From an uncultured Candidatus Saccharibacteria bacterium (lineage in GTDB: Bacteria > Patescibacteriota > Minisyncoccia > Phycocordibacterales > UBA9973), in contig CAZIZK010000004.1 in assembly GCA_964544225.1 (NCBI GenBank), forward strand, positions 883-64,882: DNA of 64,000 nucleotides, written 5' to 3'. Below are positions 1 through 9,741 of this stretch, piece after piece; the stretch's first letter is position 1, and each line of letters starts with the position of its first letter. The translations under genes were made by a program, and so were the position numbers. The notes under the pieces were generated by a model. It worked only from the letters and a program-made list of their open reading frames with translations. It had not been told where the DNA came from and did not search any database.

Positions 1-1936
1 CCCTGATCAACGCCTTCTCGTCATTGAACATGAACTGGGCCAATGCCTTTGTCAACTCTGTCTTACCCACACCTGTTGGGCCTAGGAATATGAATGATCC
101 AATAGGCTTGTTTGGGTCTGATATACCTGCGCGACTACGTCGAACAACATCGGCAATTTTCCCTATTGCAATATCTTGGCCCACTACACGCTTGCGAAGT
201 TCGTCTTCCATATTTGCCAATTTCTCCCTCTCCTCCTCGAGCATCTTTACGAGTGGTATACCTGTCCATTGTGATACAACACTTGCTATATCTTCGGCAG
301 TGATCTCCTCCTTCAATATTCGGCGTGACTTTTGAAGCTTTTTTAATTTCAACAATCTTGCATCCAAATCCTTCTTTAGTCTTGGGATTTTATCATAACG
401 TATTTCCGCAGCACGAGTTAGGTCCGCGCGCATTTCAGCATTCTCACCCTCCAGCCTCAAAGCTTCGAGCTCCTTCTTTATACTTCTGATATCACCCACT
501 ACATCCTTCTCGTTCTTCCATTTCAATTCTAATTCACGAGTCTTTTCTTTTAAATTTGCTATTTCTTTTTCTATTTCTTTTATACGAATCTTTGTATGCT
601 GATTCTCCTTACTTGTACGAGAGTCGCTTGCAATCTCTTTTGTGAGAGCTTCCTTCTCTATTTCATAGCGCATGATCTTCCTATGTGCGTCTTCTAGTGG
701 TTGTGGCTTGTTCTCGAGTGCTATGCGTAGTGCAGATGAAGCCTCGTCTACCAAGTCCACAGCTTTGTCTGGCAAGTAACGATTTGTAATATATCGAGTA
801 GACAAATTAACAGCAGAAACTATCGCATCATCGGTGATACGGATACCATGGAACAATTCATACTTCTCCTTTAAACCACGAAGTATTGCAATAGTGTCCT
901 CTGGACTTGGCTCGTCTACGAACACTGGCTGGAAGCGTCGTGCAAGGGCTGGATCCTTCTCGATATGCTTCTGGTACTCCTTCAATGTTGTAGCACCAAT
1001 AGCGCGCAACTCACCACGGGCAAGCGCTGGCTTTAGCATATTGGAAGCGTCCAGGGACCCCTCGGCACTACCTGCACCTACGATTGTATGTATCTCGTCG
1101 ATAAACAATATTATCTTGCCATCGGCCTTCTCTATCTCCTTCATTATTCCACGAAGGCGTTCCTCGAACTCACCACGGTATTTTGTACCAGCAAGTAGTA
1201 ACCCTAGGTCCAGTGACACTACCTCCTTGTCCTTCAATGACTCTGTTACATCACCCTTTGCAATACGCTGGGCCAGGCCTTCTACTACTGCTGTCTTTCC
1301 AGTACCGGCCTCACCTATTAGTATTGGGTTATTCTTTGTACGGCGTGATAGTATCTGCATGATACGCATGATCTCGGTATCACGGCCTATAACTGGGTCG
1401 AGCTTGTCTTCACGAGCAAGCTTTGTCAGGCTACGAGTAAACTTTGTTAGCAAACGAGGTTTTTTATTTGGAGTTGTGTCTGCCATATTTTCATTCTTGA
1501 ACAAATCTAAAACACTTAGGACCCTTTCGCGGTCTATTTTAAATCTTGCTAGTAAGTCATGAGCCTCGCCTGGCACTTCGAGAAGTGATAGGAACAAATG
1601 CTCGGTAGACACGAACTCGTCCTTTAATATTGCAGCTACTTTGCCAGATTGTTCGATAACCTGGGCCAAGTCTGGAGTCAGATATATCTGGTACGATGGT
1701 GATACTGTATTCCTGTTCTCTGGTGACTCAATACCGTCGATAACATTGTCTGAAAGTAGCATTGTATCTATATCCATCTTTTCCAATACAGATATGATCA
1801 TAGAGTCCTCTTGTATTAGGAGTGCTGTGAGCAGGTGCATACAGTTCACATGGTTCTGACCACGTTCTATAGCCAGCTCGTGAGCTTTGCGGATGGCTTC
1901 TTTTGCTTTAGTTGTAAAATTATTGAATGGAGGCAT
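1..1936 (-). CDS. clpB: ATP-dependent chaperone ClpB (partial, C-terminus runs off window start)
   Basis: Minus-strand translation from ATG at 1936 gives [36 protein letters not shown] (Clp N-domain). Near position 1-150 it reads [27 protein letters not shown] (AAA+ D2 Walker A). No stop before window edge, so it is absent from the ORF track. Plus-strand ORFs 24..1562 are low-complexity antisense artefacts. Confidence 0.85.
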   Translation of the reverse strand, partial: MPPFNNFTTKAKEAIRKAHELAIERGQNHVNCMHLLTALLIQEDSMIISVLEKMDIDTMLLSDNVIDGIESPENRNTVSPSYQIYLTPDLAQVIEQSGKVAAILKDEFVSTEHLFLSLLEVPGEAHDLLARFKIDRERVLSVLDLFKNENMADTTPNKKPRLLTKFTRSLTKLAREDKLDPVIGRDTEIMRIMQILSRRTKNNPILIGEAGTGKTAVVEGLAQRIAKGDVTESLKDKEVVSLDLGLLLAGTKYRGEFEERLRGIMKEIEKADGKIILFIDEIHTIVGAGSAEGSLDASNMLKPALARGELRAIGATTLKEYQKHIEKDPALARRFQPVFVDEPSPEDTIAILRGLKEKYELFHGIRITDDAIVSAVNLSTRYITNRYLPDKAVDLVDEASSALRIALENKPQPLEDAHRKIMRYEIEKEALTKEIASDSRTSKENQHTKIRIKEIEKEIANLKEKTRELELKWKNEKDVVGDIRSIKKELEALRLEGENAEMRADLTRAAEIRYDKIPRLKKDLDARLLKLKKLQKSRRILKEEITAEDIASVVSQWTGIPLVKMLEEEREKLANMEDELRKRVVGQDIAIGKIADVVRRSRAGISDPNKPIGSFIFLGPTGVGKTELTKALAQFMFNDEKALIR

Positions 1937-1981
1937 ATATTTTCAAATTAAATTAACAATTACAACTATCAGTATACAATA

Positions 1982-2518
1982 TTATTGCTTTACGTCAACA
2001 GTTGTGTTAGATGCACCTGAAGTATCTTTTTTTACTTCCGAAGATTTTGGAATGATTTGCAACAATGTAATACCGTTACCGAACTTCTTTAGAATTTTCG
2101 CTTCGAAATATTTGGTGTCGAGCTTTACAGTATATATTTCAAAACCATTTAATAATACAGAATCTATCATGATAAGCCCCATATCCGACACTACTACACC
2201 CTGACCTAGTGGGGTTGGCTCCTTTTGGGTTGTTGCATTTATATCGTATCCATCACTTGTAAAGTCGGAGTAGATATTTACCAGAGCATTGTTATCGGAT
2301 ACAGATACAATATTATCACCAGTACTAGTATTTGTTGTATCAGGGTTAGAAACATTCTGTATTGTACGTTCGATAATCCTATTTATAGTTTGCGGTACTG
2401 TCTGTGGCATCTTCTGCATGAGTGATACAGTCACTATACCGGTTGCAATAGATACAACAAAGCATATTAGCAATGTTAAAAGGACCATTTGTTGTTTATT
2501 TAAATCTTTTATTTCCAT
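1982..2518 (-). CDS. hypothetical membrane-anchored protein (N-terminal TM, Thr/Asn-rich)
   Basis: 178 aa ORF with a single N-terminal hydrophobic helix. No recognisable motif. Confidence 0.4.
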   Translation of the reverse strand: MEIKDLNKQQMVLLTLLICFVVSIATGIVTVSLMQKMPQTVPQTINRIIERTIQNVSNPDTTNTSTGDNIVSVSDNNALVNIYSDFTSDGYDINATTQKEPTPLGQGVVVSDMGLIMIDSVLLNGFEIYTVKLDTKYFEAKILKKFGNGITLLQIIPKSSEVKKDTSGASNTTVDVKQ

Positions 2519-2547
2519 ATATTTTTATTATAGCATAACTTATAAAT

Positions 2548-3753
2548 CTATTTCCAATTCTTGTATTTATTTAAAATATTTTCCAATATTTTAATAGTCT
2601 TCTTTATGTCAGACTTGGCTGTGTATCTACCAAGTGAGAAACGAATTGATTCAGAAGTAAATTTATCACCATTACGTATAGCGTTGATCACGTGCGAGTT
2701 CCCCTCTTCTTCGCTCTTGCACGCACTCTTGTTTGATACTTCGACCCCATGGGCATCGAGCTCGATCACGAGTAATTCGTGCGAGATACCTAATATAGAA
2801 ATATTTATATTATTTGGTAATCTATTTACCTTGTCGCCATTTATTTTTATTTTATAATCAACTCTGTTGCTTAGACTTTCTAATTCAGTAAAGAAATAAT
2901 CACGCAATACAGTTAACCGTGCCACTTCTTTATCTTTCATATCTTCTGTTATTTTCAACGCATGTGCCATACCCACAATACCTGGCACGTTCTCGGTGCC
3001 AGAACGTAGGCCATATTCCTGCCCACCACCTGCATATATTGGTGCAAGTTCCACACCCCTCTTCTTGTACAAGACTCCAACACCTTTTGGGCCGTATATC
3101 TTTGAGCCATTGAACGACATCATATCTACACCTAGCCTTTCAACATTGGAAATGTCTAGATAGTTCACAGCCTGACATGCGTCAGTGTGTAAGTATATTT
3201 GCTGTCCACCCTTCCTAATATTTCTTATTACTTTTGCTATTTCTTGTATTGGCTGAACAGTCCCTATTTCATTGTTGGCATACATTACTGAAACCAATAT
3301 TGTATTTTCTTTTATAGCATCACGAACTTTCTTTGGGTCTACTATGCCATCTGATTCCACTTCTATATAAGTTAATTCTGCCTTACCTTGCTTCTCCAGC
3401 ATTTTACAATTCTCAAGTACGGCTGAATGCTCGATATTAGTGGTAACAATATGAGGGATTTTAGTAGTATGTAAAAAGTAGTAATTAGCAAGCCCTATTA
3501 TAGCCAATGCATCGCTCTCGGTACCGCTTCCGGTAAAGATGATCTCGTCTGAATGGGCAAATATCAACTTTGCTATTTTGTTACGAGCATCACTTATAGC
3601 TTTTGATGCCTGAAGCCCGCTTTTGTGTATGGAACTTGGATTTGAAGACTTTTTGTTGAAGTACGGCAACATCGCTCGCAGGACCCTTGGGTCTTGCATA
3701 GTGGCAGAAGCATTGTCCACATATATTGTTTTATTAAAACCTCGCATATACAA
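2548..3753 (-). CDS. cysteine desulfurase (class V aminotransferase, IscS/NifS-like)
   Basis: IYVDNASAT start, HTDACQAV, FNGSKIYGPKGVG PLP-lysine region, GLRSGTENV; 401 aa. Confidence 0.85.
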   Translation of the reverse strand: MYMRGFNKTIYVDNASATMQDPRVLRAMLPYFNKKSSNPSSIHKSGLQASKAISDARNKIAKLIFAHSDEIIFTGSGTESDALAIIGLANYYFLHTTKIPHIVTTNIEHSAVLENCKMLEKQGKAELTYIEVESDGIVDPKKVRDAIKENTILVSVMYANNEIGTVQPIQEIAKVIRNIRKGGQQIYLHTDACQAVNYLDISNVERLGVDMMSFNGSKIYGPKGVGVLYKKRGVELAPIYAGGGQEYGLRSGTENVPGIVGMAHALKITEDMKDKEVARLTVLRDYFFTELESLSNRVDYKIKINGDKVNRLPNNINISILGISHELLVIELDAHGVEVSNKSACKSEEEGNSHVINAIRNGDKFTSESIRFSLGRYTAKSDIKKTIKILENILNKYKNWK

Positions 3754-3804
3754 AATATACCATATATTGTAAAAAACGCTCTTTTGCTATATACTCTTTA
3801 TCAT

Positions 3805-4251
3805 ATGAGTCTCCAACTAATCATATTCGCTATACTCGGTCTTTTTGTACTATTACTCATAGTACTAGTTATCAGACTCGAGGTACGATTCAAGAGATTG
3901 TTGATGGGTACAGGTGCAAAAGACCTAGAAGGTGTCATGAATACACTAGGCCACCATGTAGACAATTTACAAAAGACTCAAATAGAAATAAATAAACACC
4001 TCGAAGTTGTAGATAAAAGATTGGCAAAGAGCGTTCGCAACATAGAGACGATTCGATTCAACCCATTCCCCGACGCAGGGTCAAACCAGAGCTTTGCTAT
4101 TGCTATGCTTAACGATGAAGGCGACGGAGTTGTTATATCTAGCCTGTATGCTCGTGACCGTATGAGTGTATTTGCAAAAGAGATAAAGAAGGGTGCCTCT
4201 GTACAAGAACTTTCCGAAGAAGAGAGTGACGTATTAAAGAAAGCAAAATAA
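3805..4251 (+). CDS. DUF4446-like small membrane protein
   Basis: In-frame ATG at 3805 (MSLQLIIFAILGLF..., one TM) then RFNPFPDAGSNQSFAIAMLNDEGDGVVISSLYARD, matching my recollection of DUF4446. The track ORF starting at 3694 overlaps the upstream gene and is likely an extension. Confidence 0.45.
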   Translation: MSLQLIIFAILGLFVLLLIVLVIRLEVRFKRLLMGTGAKDLEGVMNTLGHHVDNLQKTQIEINKHLEVVDKRLAKSVRNIETIRFNPFPDAGSNQSFAIAMLNDEGDGVVISSLYARDRMSVFAKEIKKGASVQELSEEESDVLKKAK

Positions 4252-4256
4252 ATTAT

Positions 4257-5792
4257 ATGCAAAAAGAAGACACTACACACAATACATCTGTGCGTTCACC
4301 TGTTGTTGTTATCATGGGGCATGTTGACCATGGCAAAAGTACGCTACTAGACTACATAAGAAAGACAAATATTGTCGCAGGCGAGGCTGGTGGTATCACA
4401 CAGCATATTTCTGCATACGAGGTAAGTCACAAAGACCCCGAAGCAAAGAGTACTTCCAACGGGGCAGGTGAAAATGGTATGAGGAAGATCACATTTCTAG
4501 ACACACCAGGGCACGAAGCATTTTCCAAGATGCGTACTCGTGGTGCAAACACTGCCGATATTGCGATATTGGTTGTGTCTGCCGAAGATTCCGTAAAAGC
4601 TCAGACCATGGAAGCTTGGAATACTATCATTGAAAGTAAGATTCCGTATATAGTAGCTATCAATAAAATAGACAAGCCAAATGCAAACCTAGAAAAGACA
4701 AAGATGGACCTATTGGAAAAAGGTATCTACCTCGAGGGCCTAGGTGGTGATGTGCCATTTGTGCCGATCTCTGCAAAGGTGGGTACAGGGGTAGATGAAT
4801 TGCTAGACATGATCCTGCTTGTAGCAGACTTGTCAGCATTTACTGGTAACAAGAACATACCAGCCGAAGGTGTTATCATCGAGAGTCACCGCGACCCAAA
4901 GCGTGGCATATCTGCAACAGGTATTATAAAGGATGGTACTGTGAAGAACGGTATGTTCGTAGTGTCTGGCACATCGATAGTTGCGACACGCATTATGGAG
5001 AACTTTATGGGTAAGGCGGTGAAAGAACTCTCCTTCTCGTCACCTATTTGCCTAACAGGCTTCGACAGTGTACCTGAAGTGGGTAATGCTTTTAAAACTT
5101 TCGACAATAAAAAAGATGCCGAGAAATATATCGAAGAATATAAAGATGGTCAGGAAAAGAACTCGAACATATCTGAATCGAAAGCAAACAAGACTATCCC
5201 TATCATAATCAAGACCGATGTGTCAGGAACTATCGAAGCATTGGAAAAAGAGATCGAAAAGATGGCGACCGATGATATTGCTTATCGTATTATCAATAAA
5301 GGCGTAGGCAATATTGGTGAGAGCGACTTAAAGAGTGCTGGTATAGACACCGAGTGTGTAATAGTAGGCTTCAATGTAAAGCTTGAACCAAATGCCCGCG
5401 ACCTGAATGAGTCACTTCATATCAATGTGCAGACTTTTGATATTATTTATAAACTTACTGATTACTTGAAAGAATTGATCGAGGAGCGTCGCCCTCGCCA
5501 CGAGACACTAGATATACTAGGCAAGTTAAAGATACTAAAGACATTTAGTACTACAAAGACTATCCACGTAGTGGGTGGCCGTGTTACAGAGGGTCGTGTA
5601 GGTGATGGCAACAATGTGCGTATAATGCGTGCAGATGAAGAAATAGGTCGTGGCAAGATATCGGGCCTACAACAAGGCAAGATCAAAGCAAAGGAGGTTC
5701 TAGATGGCACAGAGTGTGGTGTATCTGTAGATACAAAGATAGACTTGCAAGGCGGTGATGTATTAGAAGCTTTTAATATAGTAATAAAATAA
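4257..5792 (+). CDS. infB: translation initiation factor IF-2 (short form lacking N-terminal domains)
   Basis: [18 protein letters not shown]1, DTPGHEAF G3, NKID G4, C-terminal beta-barrel; 511 aa. Confidence 0.9.
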   Translation: MQKEDTTHNTSVRSPVVVIMGHVDHGKSTLLDYIRKTNIVAGEAGGITQHISAYEVSHKDPEAKSTSNGAGENGMRKITFLDTPGHEAFSKMRTRGANTADIAILVVSAEDSVKAQTMEAWNTIIESKIPYIVAINKIDKPNANLEKTKMDLLEKGIYLEGLGGDVPFVPISAKVGTGVDELLDMILLVADLSAFTGNKNIPAEGVIIESHRDPKRGISATGIIKDGTVKNGMFVVSGTSIVATRIMENFMGKAVKELSFSSPICLTGFDSVPEVGNAFKTFDNKKDAEKYIEEYKDGQEKNSNISESKANKTIPIIIKTDVSGTIEALEKEIEKMATDDIAYRIINKGVGNIGESDLKSAGIDTECVIVGFNVKLEPNARDLNESLHINVQTFDIIYKLTDYLKELIEERRPRHETLDILGKLKILKTFSTTKTIHVVGGRVTEGRVGDGNNVRIMRADEEIGRGKISGLQQGKIKAKEVLDGTECGVSVDTKIDLQGGDVLEAFNIVIK

Positions 5793-5795
5793 TTT

Positions 5796-6119
5796 ATGTC
5801 AGAATATAGAAATGAAAAAGTAGCCAACCATATCCGTGAACTTGCAGCCACATTTATCGAGCGCGAGGGTGGTAACACGTCCATAATCACAGTGACTCGT
5901 GTCATGCTTGCCCCAGGTGGTAAACATGCAACTATAATGATATCGGTATTACCGAGGGATAAGGAAAAGGCGGCCTTTGGCTTCATAAAGCGCAACCTAG
6001 GTGAGATGAGGAAATATGTTCAGAAGGGGCTAAAGATAAACCCAATTCCCTACTTGGATGTAGAGATAGACGAAGGTGAAAAGAATAGACAGAGGGTAGA
6101 TGAGTTGTTGAGGGAATAG
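5796..6119 (+). CDS. rbfA: ribosome-binding factor A
   Basis: 107 aa directly downstream of infB in the conserved order. KVANHIRELAATFIERE and ITVTRVMLAPGGKHATIMISVLP. Confidence 0.8.
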   Translation: MSEYRNEKVANHIRELAATFIEREGGNTSIITVTRVMLAPGGKHATIMISVLPRDKEKAAFGFIKRNLGEMRKYVQKGLKINPIPYLDVEIDEGEKNRQRVDELLRE

Positions 6120-6168
6120 TTGATAAAGGTTGCAACTTGCGATATAGTTAAAAAACGTGTAATATAAT

Positions 6169-6240
6169 GGCGTGGTGGCGAAGTGGTAACGCTTCGGTCT
6201 GCAAAACCGACATGCGCGGGTTCAATTCCCGCCCACGCCT
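6169..6240 (+). tRNA. tRNA-Cys (GCA)
   Basis: ggcgtggtggcgaagtggtaacgc...ctGCAaa...gggttcaattcccgcccacgcct. 7-bp acceptor GGCGUGG/CCACGCC, anticodon loop cuGCAaa. Confidence 0.85.
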
Positions 6241-6261
6241 CAGGTTTTTGTTTTTATATAT

Positions 6262-6344
6262 GCTGGAGTGGCGGAATTGGTATACGCGCTAGTCTTAGGA
6301 ACTAGTACCGAAAGGTTTAGGAGTTCAAGTCTCCTCTCCAGCAC
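6262..6344 (+). tRNA. tRNA-Leu (TAG), long variable arm
   Basis: gctggagtggcggaattggt...ctTAGga...long variable arm...ggagttcaagtctcctctccagca. Acceptor GCUGGAG/CUCCAGC. Confidence 0.85.
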
Positions 6345-6461
6345 ATTTACAAGAGTAAAATTTTGTAAAAAAGTTTTTAAAAATATTTGCCCTGTTATGC
6401 TGTTTTGGTAGATAACAGAATATGTGGTAAATGGTTTAGATAATGTAGAATAATTAAATAC

Positions 6462-6534
6462 GCCCTGTTAGCTCAGCTGGTAGAGCAGCTCCCTCTTAAG
6501 GAGAAGGTCGTAGGTTCGATCCCTACACGGGGCA
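6462..6534 (+). tRNA. tRNA-Lys (CTT)
   Basis: gccctgttagctcagctggtagagcagctccctCTTaaggag...ggttcgatccctacacggggca. Canonical D and T loops. Confidence 0.85.
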
Positions 6535-6562
6535 CAAAGAAAAAGTGTGCTTTTTCTTCCTT

Positions 6563-6646
6563 GCCCGAGTGGTGTAATTGGTAGCCACGAGAGACTTAAA
6601 ATTTCTTGACCTTACGGTCGTGTGGGTTCAAGTCCCACCTCGGGCA
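6563..6646 (+). tRNA. tRNA-Leu (TAA), long variable arm
   Basis: gcccgagtggtgtaattggtagccacgagagacttaaaatttct...gggttcaagtcccacctcgggca. Anticodon loop cuUAAaa. Confidence 0.85.
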
Positions 6647-6653
6647 CAATACG

Positions 6654-6680
6654 AAACCCTTATCGGGTTTTTTATTTTGT
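6654..6680 (+). terminator. rho-independent terminator after tRNA cluster
   Basis: aaaccc-ttatc-gggtttttt hairpin plus T-run immediately 3' of tRNA-Leu. Confidence 0.6.
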
Positions 6681-6742
6681 CTAATACAATAATTACCTCA
6701 ATATTATCCTTATTATATAAGGTTAATTCCCCTATTTTATAC

Positions 6743-6771
6743 TTGACTTTTCTACCGTTTTGGTGTATAAT
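6743..6771 (+). promoter_or_regulatory. sigma70-type promoter (TTGACT-17-TATAAT) upstream of 6794 gene
   Basis: acTTGACTtttctaccgttttggtgTATAATatg; 17-bp spacer, about 20 nt before ATG 6794. Confidence 0.5.
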
Positions 6772-6793
6772 ATGTAAAAATTGATAAAAGAAT

Positions 6794-8044
6794 ATGACAA
6801 CAGATCATGAACACGATGACCACGGCCACGGAAGTGGGACGACATCAAACAGCTTTAAAAGAGATACTTATGATATCTTTATCATAGTATTAATCTTCGG
6901 TATTTCAATACTTATGGTTTTATTTGGCAACTTTGCCTTACAAATCAGCGGTATTGGATTCTTTATTATCTCGGGCATATGTTATGCACGAGATTTCGTA
7001 CAGGTGCCTAACCACCCACCATACCTATTCCTAATCACACGATTAGGAAAAAAAATGTGGAAGGAAAAAGATGGCAGGTTAGTACCTGCTTATCTAGGTG
7101 AAGGTCTAGGCAAACTTCGACTCAAAGGTATCCTTGAAAGTGGTATTTTAATTAGTACCAAAAAAGAGGATATTGATTTTGACTCTCAAAAGTTAATGAC
7201 ACCAGATGACGGTGAGGTAAATGTTTCCTTCTCTCTTTCTTATAAAGTCGACAAGGATAACTTGGCGAACTTTATCAATATCGGGGAACAGAAAGGTTTC
7301 CGTGATATGATCCAACAAATCAAAGATGAGAAGCTCCGTACTTGGAGTGGAAATGCTCACGAAGGCCCCCAAACATGGGAAGAGTTAAAAGAGTCCGGTG
7401 ACATTGCTATTGCTATTTTAGTAAAAGGTATCTGTGGTGATTCTATGGGTCGTGTACATACAGAAATTCCAACTTCGGAATTAATCATGTATAAGACGGG
7501 TAGGATTCCATCAAACCCAAAAATGCGTGAGAAGTGGGGTGACGGTAGAACTGAAGGCGATTATGAATCTGCTGAAAAATGGCAAGGGCTTTTAACAAAA
7601 GTACATGCCCTTCCTGAAACAGAACAGGACGCTTTATGGAAAGCTGTAGACGAAAGGATTGAACTCATTAAAAAGATCCGCGGTGGAAGTGGTTCATGGC
7701 CTATTCCCCACATGGGAGTATTACTAACCAGAGCAAATCTGGGTGAAATGCTTCCTGTGATGGAAAACAAAGTAGTTCAAGCTTCTCTTAAACTAAAAGA
7801 AGAAGAACGTGAACGTCAAGCCGAGAACTATGAGATTCAAACAGATCTTAATAAAGCAGCAGCTTTGCAAAAGAAAATCAAAGATACATCTGGTGAAGAT
7901 GTGTCCATTGATGCTTGTATGAACCAAATCATGAAATGGAAGATGATCCGCGAGGGCCATGGATACGTTTATGATGGTTCCATGGGTTCTATTGCGGGTT
8001 TTGCTGACATGTTCAGTTCTATTATGAAAGGAGCCAAGTCATGA
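6794..8044 (+). CDS. membrane protein with N-terminal His/Asp-rich tail, 2 TM helices, SPFH/band-7-like domain and C-terminal coiled coil (tentative)
   Basis: MTTDHEHDDHGHGSG... then two hydrophobic helices. ITRLGKKMWKEKDGRLVPAYLGEGL...VNVSFSLSYKVDKDNLANF resembles SPFH beta/alpha core. EEERERQAENYEIQTDLNKAAALQKK coiled coil. The SPFH call is recollection, not a search result. Confidence 0.3.
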   Translation: MTTDHEHDDHGHGSGTTSNSFKRDTYDIFIIVLIFGISILMVLFGNFALQISGIGFFIISGICYARDFVQVPNHPPYLFLITRLGKKMWKEKDGRLVPAYLGEGLGKLRLKGILESGILISTKKEDIDFDSQKLMTPDDGEVNVSFSLSYKVDKDNLANFINIGEQKGFRDMIQQIKDEKLRTWSGNAHEGPQTWEELKESGDIAIAILVKGICGDSMGRVHTEIPTSELIMYKTGRIPSNPKMREKWGDGRTEGDYESAEKWQGLLTKVHALPETEQDALWKAVDERIELIKKIRGGSGSWPIPHMGVLLTRANLGEMLPVMENKVVQASLKLKEEERERQAENYEIQTDLNKAAALQKKIKDTSGEDVSIDACMNQIMKWKMIREGHGYVYDGSMGSIAGFADMFSSIMKGAKS

Positions 8045-8496
8045 GTGGCGGTCACGACGATCATGGGCATGATGATCATGCAGCACCAGCATCTACAGCA
8101 AGTGCTACACCTACTCTTGGTGGAACACCGAAGTGGATTGGTTGGATTATCGCAGTAGCTGTTATACTCCTTTTACTGGTACTTCTTTTTACTTGGAAAC
8201 CTTGGAATAATTCTGAATCCGAGTCAAAAAAAGAAGATTCAAAAAAGGAACAAGTGTTAAAAAGAAAAGTGGAATCTATCAGCATAGATCCTCTTGGAGA
8301 AAGAACATTTGATGTCCCTTTTGGTTGGAATTATCACATAGAAAGTGGTGATTACAATTACGAGGACAACCTCACTGATAGTGGCCTAGACGGAACTTCA
8401 GAAAACAAACGTGGACAATCTGTAAAGTGGTTTAAACTACAGAACAGAACATCTAACGTGTTGGAGGTTACAATCATTTGGAATCAACAATTCTAG
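8041..8496 (+). CDS. small membrane protein with His/Asp-rich N-terminus, translationally coupled (ATGA overlap) to the upstream gene
   Basis: MSGGHDDHGHDDHAAP..., one TM (WIGWIIAVAVILLLLVLLF), Lys/Glu-rich linker, beta-rich C-terminal domain. Start overlaps upstream stop (ATGA at 8041-8044). Confidence 0.5.
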   Translation: MSGGHDDHGHDDHAAPASTASATPTLGGTPKWIGWIIAVAVILLLLVLLFTWKPWNNSESESKKEDSKKEQVLKRKVESISIDPLGERTFDVPFGWNYHIESGDYNYEDNLTDSGLDGTSENKRGQSVKWFKLQNRTSNVLEVTIIWNQQF

Positions 8497-8555
8497 CTCT
8501 TTCGAACCATACCAATTATCAGTTTGGTATAGGTGGTAAACAAATTACTGATAGC

Positions 8556-8588
8556 AAAAAGGCGCCCCGTATGGAGCGCCTTTTTTTA
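8556..8588. terminator. bidirectional rho-independent terminator
   Basis: aaaaaGGCGCcccgtatggaGCGCCttttttt between convergent genes (8496 end, 8599 end). Confidence 0.7.
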
Positions 8589-8598
8589 TACCTGCATA

Positions 8599-8916
8599 TT
8601 ATTTATTGATCTGTATCTGTCCTGTGTCGTTTATGTTTATCCTCTTCTCGCCTACTGTGTTGAGTATTATTCGCATAATACCGAACACTGCAATCATGAT
8701 AAACAATCCGACAACACCCCACATCATATGGCTCTTGCTAGTCTTACGAATTTCTTCACTATCGGGGTTCATAAGGTACTGCACTATACCGTATAGGAAT
8801 ATTACCAGCGCCAATGCAAACAGCAGGAATATAATAGGGTTTATTATTACCCTCTCGATACTGGACATAAGAGTTCCAATACTAGCCTCTGCTTGTGGTA
8901 CAAAACCAATATTCAT
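8599..8916 (-). CDS. TrbC/VirB2-like (T4SS-pilin-like) small membrane protein, paralog 1
   Basis: Two hydrophobic helices flanking a short charged loop: ...LVIFLYGIVQYLMNPDSEEIRKTSKSHMMWGVVGLFIMIAVFGIM. Same module as the five upstream paralogs. Confidence 0.5.
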   Translation of the reverse strand: MNIGFVPQAEASIGTLMSSIERVIINPIIFLLFALALVIFLYGIVQYLMNPDSEEIRKTSKSHMMWGVVGLFIMIAVFGIMRIILNTVGEKRININDTGQIQINK

Positions 8917-8921
8917 TATCT

Positions 8922-9284
8922 TTAGCAGTATATACCTGCAGCTGGGTTAGGGATACAAGGAATCTGTGATGGGTCAAGGCGTGTAGCACCAACACCAAAT
9001 GTGTTAGTTACCAAGTTCACGATACCCCAGAAAGCGATGATAACGAACAAACCGATAAGGCCCTGGATTATCTTGCCACGAGCACCCTTCTTTGCTTCTT
9101 CGTCTGATGATACAGTGTACTGTATAACACCCCAGATAAAGTAAACCACAGCAAGAGTTATAAGAACTGGAATGATGTAGTTTAGTAATGTCTGGATTTG
9201 CAATATAACACTACGTGCGTCTGCAGCAAATGCAAGGAACGGTGTAAATGCCAAAACAGAACCAAATGAAATAACTTTTTTCAT
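8922..9284 (-). CDS. TrbC/VirB2-like pilin paralog 2 (signal peptide + pilin module + Cys-containing tail)
   Basis: MKKVISFGSVLAFTPFLAFAADA signal. ...AVVYFIWGVIQYTVSSDEEAKKGARGKIIQGLIGLFVIIAFWGIV. Confidence 0.55.
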   Translation of the reverse strand: MKKVISFGSVLAFTPFLAFAADARSVILQIQTLLNYIIPVLITLAVVYFIWGVIQYTVSSDEEAKKGARGKIIQGLIGLFVIIAFWGIVNLVTNTFGVGATRLDPSQIPCIPNPAAGIYC

Positions 9285-9371
9285 ATTTATAAATTTAAAA
9301 CTTAATAATAAACGCGACCTAATAATAATATTGATTCTTTCTGCAAATGCAGATAAAATTTTACCCTCTTA

Positions 9372-9695
9372 TTATACCATATAACCTGGTATGAAAGACA
9401 ATATAGAGAGCTGTGGAATAAAGGTATTCAGGCCAAATGTAGCTGCCAGTATCTTCACTATACCCCACACTGCCACCATGAAGAATAGTGATATAAGTCC
9501 CCACATTACAAAGGTTTTACCCTTCTTGCGGGCCTCCTCATTGGTCGGGTTCAGTAGTGTCTGAACTATACCCCATATAAATGCTGCTACCGCAAGGGCA
9601 AACAGCATCGGTACTATATAGCCGACGAGTGAACAGCTAATAAAGTTGATTATTCCATGCAAGGCACTGAAGCTATTTACGGCGCAATTAGGCAT
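9372..9695 (-). CDS. TrbC/VirB2-like pilin paralog 3
   Basis: ...AVAAFIWGIVQTLLNPTNEEARKKGKTFVMWGLISLFFMVAVWGIVKILAATFGL. Shares a 44-bp identical DNA block with paralog 4. Confidence 0.55.
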   Translation of the reverse strand: MPNCAVNSFSALHGIINFISCSLVGYIVPMLFALAVAAFIWGIVQTLLNPTNEEARKKGKTFVMWGLISLFFMVAVWGIVKILAATFGLNTFIPQLSILSFIPGYMV

Positions 9696-9741
9696 TTTAG
9701 AAATTTATTTTAAAATATTAATAATACAATTATATCACAAC

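Noticed and set aside
24-1859. Plus-strand ORFs (103-242 aa) with low-complexity Ser/Ile/Phe-rich translations
   Set aside because: They are antisense to a clear minus-strand clpB reading frame (Walker A, Clp N-domain) that is missing from the track only because it lacks a stop inside the window.
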